A stretch of DNA of 64,000 bases from Paraspadella gotoi (lineage: Eukaryota; Animalia; Chaetognatha): positions 4,793,867 to 4,857,866 of the forward strand of contig CM119264.1 of NCBI GenBank assembly GCA_051294375.1, written 5' to 3'. Of the stretch, positions 50,634-64,000 are shown piece by piece. The translations under genes and the position numbers were made by a program. Position 1 is the first letter of the stretch; each line of letters opens with the position of its first letter. The notes beneath the pieces were generated by a model that saw nothing but the letters and a program-made list of their open reading frames with translations, was not told the DNA's origin and ran no database searches.

Positions 50634-51894
50634 CTCTCTCTCTCGTCTCTCTTTCTCTCTCTCTCTCTCTCCACTCAGCGAATCACCGGAGTTAGATGAG
50701 CAGGTGATGGAAGAGAACGGTGTCACTTCGTCGATTATCTCTGTCGTCATGGTTACGATAAGATCCTTCGATCGCAGGGTCGACACTTGCGAGACTTTCT
50801 CAACTCCCTCGCCAATCTCCACGAATATCTTAGGTAGGCACGAGGTGAGGACCAATGAAAAATTTGACCAAAGACCAAAAGACCAAAGACAAATTTTAAC
50901 CAAATTACTAATTTAATCATGACAAATTTTTGAACAATGACCAATGGCAAATTTTGACCAAAAGACCAATGACATATTTTAACCAATGACTAATTTTAAT
51001 AATGACAATCTTAAAAAAATGCAATTTTGACGTCCGTGTAGAGTGTAGAGTGTAGAGTGTAGAGTGTAGTGTAGAGAGAGTGGTATAATCCTCTACCCCT
51101 GCCAAAGATGATCGGTGATCGAAGCCACAATTGAGACAGTTTAGCATCGAGACGATTCTCTCGCTCACCTTCTGAGAGTATGGATATTGCGGGCAGCAAT
51201 CAGGTGAAGCGCGTCTCTGGATCAAGGCATGATCTGAACTGGAGTAGAAAAAGCAGCATCGGGACACAATCAGAGTAGCAATACTTGCCACGATATTGAA
51301 TGTAAACATATGAATGACATATAAAACACAGAGAAATATACTAACCATACAAAACCCCGACGAAGTCTTCTAATGCAATTAAATCGTGGGCTTCACCGTC
51401 GACACCCCCGCATCATCATCTCTCTGCCCCCCCTCACTCCCAGATTTCTCCTACCCCAACTCTCGTGGCGCATCTTTCTACGTGACGGAGGAGGACGAGA
51501 CTGGATTGACGCTCGGCTATCGAAGTCGACTCGCGGGTTCGTCCACTAACGTCATCGGGCAGCTGAAGGAAGTTTCGAGGAGAATTTATGACGTGGACAT
51601 CGGAGTCGATATCTCCAGTCGGTGAGGGGGGGGTGATGAATGTGATAGAGATGATGATTATGATAAGAGTGATGATTATGATGATGAAGTTAAAAAGACT
51701 GGAATCTTTCGATTAATTAATCCTTGTAACAAAAAAACGTTTAAATTTTCAAAAGGATTTAACGACGACAAAGACCAAAGTTTAAATGATTTGTCTTTCA
51801 GCTTCCGGAAGAAATGTGACGGAAAAAACAAAACCGACATTTTTGTTTAGGCTTCAATTTAACAACGCAGCCTTACTGCTCTGAGGAGGTAAAT

Positions 51895-51977
<83 letters not shown>

Positions 51978-54900
51978 GAGAGAGAGAGATTGATAAAACA
52001 CTTTCTTCCACTTTTTATTCAAATCTTTAATTATGAAATTTTAAAGATTTTGTCTAAGCCCATTAATCTCTTTTCTCTTTAATCTCTTCCTGGATTTTTC
52101 AAATAAATCTAAATCTGAAATCCGATTCTCTTTCTCTTTCTTTCCTCCTTCAGATTTTCCGCTTGGGTCCAACCACCTCAAATCTTTTATGAATGAAGAC
52201 AAAACGATTTCGGTTCAACTCTTTTTCGATCTTTTTCCCTTCAGCCTCATTTTAGAGAGTGAGTTGACGTGTGAGGAACGGGTATAGGGTTCGTTAAGAA
52301 AGGGTAAGTTTATTCAGTGTTTTGAAGTTGATTTCTTTTTTTTTTCTTTTTGGAGAAAAATTCACTGAAATTCGCAAGTGTGATCATTTAAAAAAGGAAA
52401 GGTGAAAATGATAACGTAGCAAATAACAAAGCAAAAGCAAAGTGAAAATGATAGAGAAGGAAGAGAAGTGACAAGAGAGATCCTTTGACCCAAGATCGGG
52501 TAAGCTCGTTCCGGTTCGACTGTTATTGTCGAGTGGTTGTCTTGTTGTCCGTTGTTGTTGTCGCTAAAAAAAATGAAAAGGACGAGATGATGTTGATCAA
52601 TTTTGGTAAAAAATGTTGTTGTGTTGTTGTTGTTCTTGTTAAGACCGCTAAAGGAATTATTACGCCACTTTCGCTCGCGCCAGTTTTTTTTTCAGATCGC
52701 GTAAAAAAAAAAACATTTTTCCAAATTCTCCTCTTCATATTCTTCCGCTTCGTTCGCTTCACAAGCGACCAAGCTTTTTTCTTGCCAAGCACGACTGGCC
52801 CGGCTTTTCTGCGCGTCGCCGGTCCGGTAGCGGTAGCGGTTCCGGTATCGCACGAATTCGTCGAATCTTCAGGTTAGCCGAAAATGTCGCAAGAGATAGC
52901 ATTGGTTAATGTTGAGTCGTTTGGCAGCGCAAAATTCGCACGATATAGTCCCTGTCTCTGACGACTCTCTCTCACTCTCTCTTTCGTTCTCCCTGCCTTT
53001 CGTGGGGTCATCGCACGAGACGGAAACGCGCTCTTGATTACGTCGTCCGGCGTCGCATGGGCGGCGTCGCGAGAGGCTCGTACGCGGCGTCGTAAGCGGC
53101 GTCGTAAGCGGCGTTGTACGCGGCGTCACGGTCAGCCACTTAACAACCCATCACGTTCAGTCAATTCGTATTTTCTCCGTGAACGAGATGCCCTCGCCGC
53201 TGGAGTGTCGCGAACGCAGCCGAGTGATGGTCACACTCATGAAAAACGAAAGCTAAGATAACTGAAAGGCGAGTGTCTTATTGTCGTATTGGTAACATTT
53301 AATTATTGAAGATAATTATATAATATCACAAAACAAGTAGTAAAACAGTGAAGAGGGTTTTTTTTTATTCATGTCGGTACTGAAATGAATTTTTTATTTC
53401 CTTTTTTTTCTTTTTTCTTTGCTCTTATTGCTTTTCGAGTCGACCATGTTGACAAATGGAACTTGAAGGTTTTTTCGGTCGTTTTTTCAAGAAAAAAAAG
53501 GAAAGAAAGAAAAAAAAAGAAAGAAGAAAGAAAGAAGGAAGAAAGAAAGGAAAGAAAGAAGAAAAAAAAAGAGAAAGAAGAAAGAAAAAGAGAAAGAAAG
53601 AAAGAAAGAAAGAAAAAAGAAAGAAAGAAAGGAAGAAAGAAAGAAAGAAAGAAGAAAGAAAGAAAGAAAGAAAGAAAAACACATAGAATGTTTTCAGTTT
53701 GCCCTATCGACGAGGCTCCTGCGGAAAGGGAAATATTTTTGTTTTCTTTTCGTTGTGATTCGAAAATTCGTTTTTCGCGGTCTTTTAAAAATCCCCGATT
53801 TGTGCGGAATTTTGGACAAAGAATCAGGAATATGTTACAAATGGGGAAAGCCACGAAATTGCTGAATAAATGTTGTTGATTTAGTTGACCTCACTATCAT
53901 TTCGTTGTTCGAGTCGTTCGTGTATTTTCCTCATGTTTACGACAAGGTCGTTTTTCTCCTCGTTTTGTGTGTCTCGAAAACATGAGGGCTTTTGATCTCT
54001 ACTTGTGTCGCTCTTAGTAAACAACAAGTAAATAGATAAAACATACTTTATATTTGCATTTCTATAAAGAATAACCCTTAAAAAAAATAAACCTTGATAA
54101 TTTAAATAAAAGATTACCTCATAATCCCAGTAAACAATAAAACAAAATAAAAATACATTTTTTTTCAATATTTTTTTCGTAAGATATGATCCACGTTTAT
54201 CCATTGATCCCAACTTGATTGGTTTCTATAAACATTTTCCTGTTATATAAATTGCGCTCAGAAAAAAAGTAAGAAAAATCGTTATAAGAGTTTGTATTGG
54301 ATTTTTTTTTTTCGTTCGTTTTTTTTTAATGCAGTATTTGTCATAGTGTCATTTGCCAATATAGCGCGAGACGATACGGCACTATTAGTTGTCTCGTAAC
54401 ATCGTTGTGATCTTAAAAGCTAAAGTTTCGCGACACATTTAAAATATCGTCGAGATATCGGAAATACAAAAAAGTATTAAATACAACATACGTAATCGTA
54501 TATAGTTCCGAGCTCGATCTGCTCACAATTATAACGGCTAAAATAATCAAAAACAATGTTTCAATTATTATTACGCAGACCGCAAATACAATGTATTTCA
54601 TTATTGCAGGATTTGCAAAATCATGCGCGTGGGCAAAGGATTGGCTCGCATCAACAGATTTGCTGGGATCAAACTGGACGATCGATTTTCCATCTTTCGC
54701 CCGATGATCGCTTCGATTGAAAAACGTGAGTAACGATATTAATTCGATGTCTTATTTTTTTAACAAAAGATTCCCCCAAGAGTTAAATGATACATTGTAG
54801 AAATGATTTATGAATTGTCATTCGTATCATCCGCCTCAATGCAAGCATATTCTGCAGATCATTTCCCATCCCACTCCGTTTACGAACTCGTCTCGTGCGA

Positions 54901-55898
54901 AGATTCGTAATCGGAGAAAACGATTATAAAAAAACATTGGAAAAGGAGAGGTGAGTTCAAAAAACTTTTCTTATTGAGTCAATCGCTTCCGAAACGCCAC
55001 ATTTATGTTCTTCTGAATTTACCCTCATTCTAACCCCATCTTTTCCAAATTCTTTCCCTAATCCTTAAAATGGACCCCAATTAGAATATATAGCCGCATT
55101 GCTTTTTCGAACATTCGTGTTTTCTCCACTTGCAGAGAGCGAAAATTCACAGCGTGAAAGCCCGTTCTCGACGCTTCTTCATCTCAAAGGAAAATGATCA
55201 ACGTTTAAATCTTGGAACAGCGTCTCTGTTCTTTGTTCTCCATGTACGTACAAAGATAAGTCATGTTGCCACGATCGACCGACATAAGAACTGAAAGGAA
55301 CAGAAGATTCGAACCTCTAACATCATTAGCCACATCCAGCTCGCAAAGGCAACCACAAGCAACTTAAAAAAAAACACCTTTTAGAGAAACGGTTGCAAGC
55401 GAGTAATTCGTTGGCCAGATAATGGACCAGCTAAACTCGCAACTTAGTTAATTGACCCATATTTTCCTTTCCAGATTTCTAACTTGACCGGCGTTATCGA
55501 GCATGGGTCTTTTCCTTCACGATTTCCACTCACGACTCCAGCGAGAGTTGTTCTCCTTGGCCTCACAGCAGTCGGCCGAATTAGCTCGCCCTGGCCAAGG
55601 TATTGGAAATGCTTAAATGCTGCGTGTGTTTAAATGCAGAATAAGCGCTCAAATAGTAAATGTAGTAAATGTATTAATTTAGAATTCAATTTTGATGTCT
55701 TCCTTTGCAACGAGTTTTTTTTTGTAGTCTGTTTGGCCGTGCCAACTCGCGAAAAAGGCGAACTCTGAATGGTCAGGTCAAACTCAAAAGTGGCAAGTTA
55801 CGACAGAAAAAAAAAACCAAAAAACAATTGGCTGTTGACACGTCCCAAGTTGAAGTTGAACGAAGAAAATGGACCAAAAAATACAATGTTCACCAAAT
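47386..55898 (+). other. Inverted, indel-rich copy of 32622-41402 (5' half of the guanylyl cyclase locus); probable assembly artefact or duplicated pseudogene
   Basis: Colinear reverse complement of exons, introns and microsatellites. Differences are dominated by 1-bp indels, and the copy is flanked by N gaps. Confidence 0.9.
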
Positions 55899-56296
55899 TT
55901 ATCAAGGCTTGTTTATTTTTAGAATTTTCTGAATTTTATATTCAGACTGAGTGGAAGAGCGCATTAAGTTGCAAACGAGGATGGAAAGAAAAAAAAGACC
56001 CAAAGCGCGAATAAAATTGAAAAAAAAACATTGAAAAAAAAGAAATTATTTAAAAGTAAGAAAAACAGAGAAAATCATTGCGAATGAAAGAGATTTTTCT
56101 CAACTTTTTGGTCACGGATGAAGAAATTTACTTGAATTGTAATTAGGTTTATTTAATTTTAGAATTTAGAAGGAATTCCCGCTGCGTCTAAGGACTTTAA
56201 ATGAAAACATTCTTTGCTAATATTATTATATATAAATATTATCCGCGAACAAATCGGATTCCCCGTGTAGCTAAAAACAAAAGCGATAAATTTCCG
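55899..56296 (+). repeat. Direct copy of 41401-41787
   Basis: TCAAGGCTT...ATTCAGACTGAGTGGAAGAG...AAGCGATAA matches with small indels. Confidence 0.9.
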
Positions 56297-59200
56297 TCGT
56301 CGNNNNNNNNNNNNNNNNNNNNNNNNNNNNNNNNNNNNNNNNNNNNNNNNNNNNNNNNNNNNNNNNNNNNNNNNNNNNNNNNNNNNNNNNNNNNNNNNNN
56401 NNNNNNNNNNNNNNNNNNNNNNNNNNNNNNNNNNNNNNNNNNNNNNNNNNNNNNNNNNNNNNNNNNNNNNNNNNNNNNNNNNNNNNNNNNNNNNNNNNNN
56501 NNNNNNNNNNNNNNNNNNNNNNNNNNNNNNNNNNNNNNNNNNNNNNNNNNNNNNNNNNNNNNNNNNNNNNNNNNNNNNNNNNNNNNNNNNNNNNNNNNNN
56601 NNNNNCTTTCATCGATCGTGTTTGTCATCTCTGTCATTTCTTTATCGTCGTCGTTGTCCTTATCTAAGGTATTTCGTCCTCATCCCAGCCAATTTCTCGT
56701 CATTATCTTTGTCATTTTTTTCCGGTTATCCTCTTCGTTCATTCATCTTTGTCATCTTCGCGTCAAAAAAATGAAAGAAAAGACGAAAGCGAATGACGAG
56801 CGAATCGCGACGCGAANNNNNNNNNNNNNNNNNNNNNNNNNNNNNNNNNNNNNNNNNNNNNNNNNNNNNNNNNNNNNNNNNNNNNNNNNNNNNNNNNNNN
56901 NNNNNNNNNNNNNNNNNNNNNNNNNNNNNNNNNNNNNNNNNNNNNNNNNNNNNNNNNNNNNNNNNNNNNNNNNNNNNNNNNNNNNNNNNNNNNNNNNNNN
57001 NNNNNNNNNNNNNNAGACGTCGCCTTCGCCTTTTCCGCTTCGATGGCGACGACGGTTCCGGAGTCGCGTCGTCGCCCGGAAATTGTCGAGTTCGAGGCGA
57101 GATCGAAATAGGTCGATCGAAGAAGGGGAAATGGACGGATGGACGGACTGATCGATTTAATGGACGGATGAATGGATAAATGGATGGAACGATGATTTAG
57201 AATTCTCTTCGACTTTCTCGAGGGAATAAATGACAAATGTCATGATAAAGAGCAGAAATAGTCTACTATGNNNNNNNNNNNNNNNNNNNNNNNNNNNNNN
57301 NNNNNNNNNNNNNNNNNNNNNNNNNNNNNNNNNNNNNNNNNNNNNNNNNNNNNNNNNNNNNNNNNNNNNNNNNNNNNNNNNNNNNNNNNNNNNNNNNNNN
57401 NNNNNNNNNNNNNNNNNNNNNNNNNNNNNNNNNNNNNNNNNNNNNNNNNNNNNNNNNNNNNNNNNNNNNNNNNNNNNNNNNNNNNNNNNNNNNNNNNNNN
57501 NNNNNNNNNNNNNNNNNNNNNNNNNNNNNNNNNNNNNNNNNNNNNNNNNNNNNNNNNNNNNNNNNNNNNNNNNNNNNNNNNNNNNNNNNNNNNNNNNNNN
57601 NNNNNNNNNNNNNNNNNNNNNNNNNNNNNNNNNNNNNNNNNNNNNNNNNNNNNNNNNNNNNNNNNNNNNNNTTTAACCTTCTCACTTCGTCATCCTTTGA
57701 CTCTTCTTTCCGTTCCACTTTCCTTTCCTCCCTTTTACTTTCCTTTCCTCACTTTTACTTTCTTATTCTCACTACCGATTTCCTTTTCTCACTTTTACTT
57801 TCTTCTCCAATTCACCCGAAGTTATTTTTAAATTTTACGAAGAAGAAACAAATTCGTTTCAATTAAAAAAAGTCGCTTCTTTTTGAGCGTCGTCGTTATC
57901 GTCATCGTCGTCGTNNNNNNNNNNNNNNNNNNNNNNNNNNNNNNNNNNNNNNNNNNNNNNNNNNNNNNNNNNNNNNNNNNNNNNNNNNNNNNNNNNNNNN
58001 NNNNNNNNNNNNNNNNNNNNNNNNNNNNNNNNNNNNNNNNNNNNNNNNNNNNNNNNNNNNNNNNNNNNNNNNNNNNNCGTCATCGTCGTCGTCGTCGTTA
58101 TCGTCATCGTCGTCAGCTTCGACAAAAACAGAAAGAAAGAAAAAAAATCAGAAAAGAAATCAGTTTGCGGACTTGTGAAGGAAGAAAGAATGAAGATACA
58201 AATAGATTAATTTTATTTGTATATTAAATTTATTGATTTATAAAAGAAAGAGTAAAATTACGGAAAAACGATATTAAGATAAAAGAAAGATTCTTTTGCG
58301 AATAAATCATACGGTACGTAGGCGCAAAAGATTCAAAAACATATGGAAATTTAAAAAAAAAAGGATAAATATCAGTTTGAGAAAGGAAATATCCCGAGAT
58401 GGAATAAGGAAATGGATGATAAGAGGAAACTCGAAGCTCGAAGCCCGAAACCCCTCGTCGCGTGATTAATTCTTCGAGTTGACAAAATGAAAAACTTTGT
58501 CGTCAAATTCTCGGCTGAGAATTTTTTATTCTAGTCTCAAATCTCGAAGGCGAAATTAAAATCGCTGGAAATGAGAAGCGGAATTTGAGTAGTGGAATTT
58601 GCAGAAGAAAGAGAAGAATACGAGACGAGGAATGAGAGCAGAATCCGTGGAGGGAGGAGTGGAAAACAAGAAGTGGAATCAGAGTAGGCGAGAATATGAT
58701 AAGTTGGATTTAAGAAGGTAGAAAAAAAAGATACTATGACAAATGGAATCCCAGAAAAAGTGAAATCTGAGGAGTGAAGACGTAAAATATGAAAAGACAT
58801 TCAAGTCAGGACTTGTCGATAAATGAAACGAGAAGTTCTTCTCGAGAAAAAAAGGAGATTATGAAAAATAAAAAAAATATAGTAGAAGACGTAATTTGAA
58901 GATCGGAATTTTATTGGAAGTAAATTCGGATTAAAAAAAAAACAGATTTTAGAAATGGAAATAATTTGAAAGTTAATGATATTGTAATTACAATAATTCT
59001 TTATTGTATTACGTAATACATTAAAGAAAGCAGTTTTGGAATCCTGAGAAATACGCGAGAGTCTGTGCCACGATTATGTCTTTCACAGCAGAACTGAATC
59101 ATGGATTCACCAAACTCTCATAATTCAGTTGGAACGACGACGACGATATTGACGACGAGAAACGCGACGGTGAAGACGACGACGACGTCAACGCAATATT

Positions 59201-59390
59201 TTCGCGTCATTTCCATGGCGCAATCTCGAATTACGCGCGTTCCTCACGTTCACCGGCTCACGACCCGGGTTGTGACCCGCGATCGTTGACTGGGGAGGAA
59301 AGAAACTTAGAACTGATTATTCACCGAATAATAATCGACTCTGTCTCCCTTTCTTTTCGACCGACACACTCTCACACACACAGTCACACA

Positions 59391-59433
<43 letters not shown>

Positions 59434-60301
59434 TCTTTTCGTTTCTCTTTGTTTTTCTTATTTGTTTCCCCATTTGACGGCGTCGATGGTCGCTTCGTTT
59501 GTTTATCCTTTTTTTTTTCTCTTGTTTTCGTTGCCCATTTTTTTTCTTTCTTTCGCGCGGAAAAAAAAGGTTAATTTCTCTCGGGTCAAATCATTTTTTC
59601 TCATCAAAGTCAAAGAAAAATTTTTTTTTCTTGGACGGGAATACAAATGAATTCGATGGTAAATGGGATTTTGATTTAGCGTCGCGTGTCCAATTATGTC
59701 CATTTATATTAATTCTCGTGTTTGACAGACGAGTGTCCGACTTTAGCTTTGGTTTGATTAAAAACCGATACATGAATGGAATTCGCACTTTAAAAATTAA
59801 AGGTAGGAGAAAGGAAACTTCAAAAAAAAGTAGTTCTATATGCGGAGAGACGGAGCTTCCCAATTATATATATTCTGTAAACGTGAAAATGACATGAATG
59901 AAGGGTTTTTGTATGAAGTGACTTTTGTATATAAAACAAACTTATTTGAGATAAAGACGAAAAAGTTAAAACTTACCTCTCAAAGACGACATTTATCGTA
60001 AACTAAATGTTTTTTAATTAAAATTTCTTTGTATTAAACCTTTCTTTTTGCTTTTTGTTTTTTTTTTATAAGAACGATAACAATTATTGTGATGAAAATA
60101 TTCTTTTTGCAATTCCAAATGTACAATTTCTCTTCTTANNNNNNNNNNNNNNNNNNNNNNNNNNNNNNNNNNNNNNNNNNNNNNNNNNNNNNNNNNNNNN
60201 NNNNNNNNNNNNNNNNNNNNNNNNNNNNNNNNNNNNNNNNNNNNNNNNNNNNNNNNNNNNNNNNNNNNNNNNNNNNNNNNNNNNNNNNNNNNNNNNNNNN
60301 N

Positions 60302-60338
<37 letters not shown>

Positions 60339-60618
60339 CACTATTGGAGATTAATAGCAAAAAAACCATTAACCCGAAAATTGGCTCTTCCCTTTTTTTT
60401 CGATAAATAACAAATGGTGACTCGTCTCGATTAGTTGAATATCACACCATGTATAATTGTATATGTCTTAATGCTAAATCGTTATACTTACATAGATTGA
60501 ATTCAGGAGTGACCTTAACAGTAACTACGTCATAATTTAAATACGTATAAAAGAGACATTTGTCCAAAACCTAAATTAGATCATGAAAGGTTGGATTTAA
60601 AACAGAAATTAGAATGAT

Positions 60619-60711
60619 TAGAATGTAGGGTTTTTAACCCTATTTTTTTTAGAATGTAGGGTTTTTAACCCTATTTTTTTTAGAATGTAGGGTTTTTAAC
60701 CCTATTTTTTT
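60619..60711. repeat. 31-bp tandem repeat x3 (TTAGAATGTAGGGTTTTTAACCCTATTTTTT)
   Basis: Near-identical units, each with an internal TAGGGTT/AACCCTA inverted repeat. Confidence 0.9.
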
Positions 60712-61752
60712 CTATCCACGCCTGATTCAGCTTAGTGAAGATCCATTTCAAATGACGCTACACTTCACTTAGCTCAATGAGTCGTGGACGGAAAAACAGA
60801 AAAAACATTTTTAAAACATCCTAACTCACCTTTTTAGAAAAAAAATATCTTCTCACCTTTTTTTTTTTTGATTCGCGTTCGTGAAGATTCACGCGAAGAG
60901 AGGAAAGTCGAGACGGCGCCTGTCACGAGGAAACGGCGCTTCCGGGATGAAGAGGACGAGGAGGAGGAGGAAGAAGAAAAGGAGGAAAAGAGGAAGAGGA
61001 CGAGAAAATAGGGTAAAAACGCGCAGTTTCAGTGATGAACGCGAGAACTAAGTAAAGTTATATACTTTTTTTTTATTTTAAAACTTGAGAAGAAAAGAAA
61101 ACAGTTTTGTCGATTGCAGCTGGAGAAAATACCAATGACAAATGTGCGCGCGCGTCGAGACAAAGATGTAGATGACAGGAGCGAGATAGAGCGAGCAAGA
61201 AGGTAAGTTAATTCGTGAAAACGTTATCTAAAAACCCAAATAATACAGTAGAATATATCATGCATTTTAAATAAAACAAGACATTTCTCCATAACGCTTT
61301 AGATCTTTTCTGAGAGAATTCGACTGAAATATCTCGATTGTACGATGGTGGATGTGAGGCGGTGTGGATATCCCGCCACAATTGCCTTTTTTTCTTAGGT
61401 GGTGCTTGTGATATTTTATCTCGAAGAAGAAGACTTTTTTTTTCTCTATGATGAATCGCTCTTCGCCTCATATTTTGGTTTCCGCGCCCAATATTTCTTC
61501 TTTTTTTTTCAAATCCCGTAAATATGAGAAAATCCAAAGCCGTTCCTCTGATAAATTCTCAATTCGAAAGGCAAATGTCTGTTAGAATTGAAGCAATGTT
61601 AGTCAATGAATATTTGCGTCGATGCCAGCCTTTTTGTACCTAATGACTGCGAAGTCTAAACCCTGCCAGATTATTACGTTTTGTGAATTTTTCTTGCCAT
61701 CTCATGTCTCATAAAGTGCATCGATGTCATCTCTTGTCTTATGATGACATTT

Positions 61753-61826
<74 letters not shown>

Positions 61827-63229
61827 GGAACCCCGGAACTTTGAATTGAGAGTGGAATGACTTCGTATTTTTTTAAATTCATTCCTTCGAAGCACTTCAA
61901 CTTAAGAAGTCAATACTAATTGATCTCTCGACTCGGAGATTAGGATTAAGGAGGGGGTGGGACGGCGAGCGGCCCCTTCTTTTCTTTATCTCTTTCTTCT
62001 CTTCTTTCTTTATTGTTTCACCCAAAATTCACGTTCGCCTTCGAAGAGGCAAAAAAAAAAGCTTTTTGAATATTTTTATAAATTATTATCATGTTAATAA
62101 ATTTAATATTTACGTCTGGGAACTGTGGCTCAGCGTGGCCGTTAATCATCAAAATCGGTGTCGTTTTAAAGTTGCCCACATTTTTCACTATTTATGGAAA
62201 CACAAATATTTCGTTGTGGCAACATTTTTTTTGTTTTGTAAAATTCGTCGCGATTGATTTCTCTCTTGAAAAATCATTTTGAGATGCGTCGGTGCGTCTC
62301 TCTAGCTAGTTTTTTTTTTTAAGTCATCGCATTACATTTGCATTTGACTTCGCCGAAAAAGCCTCATTTCTGACAGTTACAGTCGCAAAAAACTGCATGT
62401 ATAGTACATGTTTTACTAAAAACTCGTTAACGAAATAATTACGTGAGCCCAAGATTTTATCCGTGGAGATTAAGGAGAGACCATTAATCAACGTGTTTTC
62501 AACGGTACTGATATAAATATTATCAAATATTATAATGTTAAATATTTTAGGTTATATTCCAGTTTTTACTGAATGCGTAAAAAACAGAACTGTTTCAAAA
62601 CAATTTTTAAAAAAACCGAAAAGTGACTTATAGAGTTGCTCCGCGAGTATCGTCATAGCCACGGGACCGATATTTACAATTAATTTTTTTTTTATATATT
62701 TTACATCATTTAAGGAATTTAAGGTGATATTTTCTCGTTTAAAATATTCTCGAATTTCAATCTCGTCTTTAGCGTCTCGCGTCAATTTGATCGATGAGGC
62801 GAAACGACTTTTTCGTCGTCACTGTCGCCGTCGTCGTCGTCGTCGCCGTCGTCGTCGGCGGCGTCGGCGTCAAGTTCCCCGTTCGACCCGATGAACCGGA
62901 AACGAAGTCAGGCTGGAGCGACGCCGCGCGGAAAACCATCGAACGAATTAAAGGTTGGAAAAAACAAAATGCTAATGATTTCGGGTTTTTTTTAAGAAAG
63001 TTTTTTCTTCTTGGCAAAATGTTTGAATGAAATGCCTAAGAATAGGCAAAGGAACGCTCGGATTTTTTAATTCCTAACTTTAGGCTTGAAGCTTAGCCGT
63101 TAACTCCTACCTGGTACCCTTGAGAAATGGGCAGCGCCTTTCTAGGGTCAGTTTATGGGGGATATTCCTGCGAACGTTGGTTAGTGACGATGAAGAACTA
63201 AACCCGCGGACGAAATAAGGGAAAAAAAG

Positions 63230-63320
63230 GGAAGAAAAGAAAGAAAAGAAAGAAAAGAAAGAAAAGAAAGAAAAGAAAGAAAAGAAAGAAAAGAAAGAAA
63301 AGAAAGAAAAGAAGAAAGAA
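63230..63320. repeat. (GAAAAGAAA)n simple repeat
   Basis: Direct reading. Confidence 0.9.
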
Positions 63321-64000
63321 AATAAAATAAAATAAAATTAAAGAAAAGTAGAAAACAATCTGTAAATGGATTGTTAAGTGTCATCTCATGCACCGAGTAG
63401 TTTTTCTTAATCTGTAAATGGTTCTAAGCCCTCAGCCCTGAATTCCTCATCGAAAATCTTTTTAAACTCGACTGTGATTCGATTTAAACTTTGACCCCAA
63501 CGGGAGGACGAAGAGATTAAATTGGCTCAAACAAAAGATCGTCGGCGTCACAAAGTCACTTCAGTCTTTTGGCACTCTCTTCTGAAAGCGTCCCAATTCT
63601 GTTTCTAACTGTTAAACCCTAATCTTTTACACAAAGCTCAACTTAATCCTAATCCCTAATAATATCTGATCCCAAAACTTATCCCTTCACTAGATCCCCA
63701 ATAATCCCCAATAACCAATAACCATATCTCTAAACAAAACCTTAAACTTAATATTAACCTAAATCTAAATTCAAACTGAAATGGGGCGCTTCTGGAAAAT
63801 ATGGAGTAAAAATTATTTTTTTCTTATGCCCTTTGTCCACTCTAATCATAACTTTCATCAACTTTAATCTAATCATCGTCATAATCATCATCATCCTCTT
63901 TATGATCATTATTGTCAACAACGATAGTAACAACAACAACAACAACAACAACGACGACGACGACGACACCCAGTTTCTCCTCGATCGTTGACGAAAAAGG

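Noticed and set aside
47386-55898. Second functional guanylyl cyclase paralogue
   Set aside because: Frameshifts in nearly every exon, a broken start codon, introns near-identical to copy 1, and no catalytic exons.
56201-60406. ORFs containing long X runs
   Set aside because: Open only because they cross N gaps.
60619-60711. CRISPR-like or telomeric array
   Set aside because: Eukaryotic context, units are contiguous with no unique spacers, and there are no TTAGGG runs.
60845-61050. Exon-like GC-rich block with a hydrophobic, signal-like frame
   Set aside because: No start codon or consistent neighbouring exons; the hydrophobic run comes from a CT-rich simple repeat.

Overview
Intron-rich animal (invertebrate) genomic DNA from a draft, gap-containing assembly. 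Left half: a multi-exon liprin-alpha gene on the minus strand (~2.7-26.0 kb). Two adjacent liprin introns each host a multi-exon gene, and the two lie head-to-head about 1 kb apart. One is a ~708-aa astacin metalloprotease on the same strand as its host, with an apparent type II membrane anchor. The other is a secreted chitin-binding-like plus ~21-EGF protein on the opposite strand. Next come TMEM183 (divergent from liprin), a three-exon 67-aa single-pass membrane microprotein absent from the ORF track, and an atypical soluble guanylyl cyclase with an O2-type H-NOX tyrosine and a Cys-to-Thr change at a GTP-specificity site. Introns carry a minimal hammerhead ribozyme motif, tRNA-derived SINE-like elements, a structured repeat family and MITEs. 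Right half: a frameshifted Bel/Pao LTR retrotransposon, an indel-rich ~8.5-kb inverted copy of the 5' half of the cyclase locus (probably an assembly artefact), and gapped low-complexity sequence. All exon models were built by hand from splice signals and reading-frame phase; no database searches were run.
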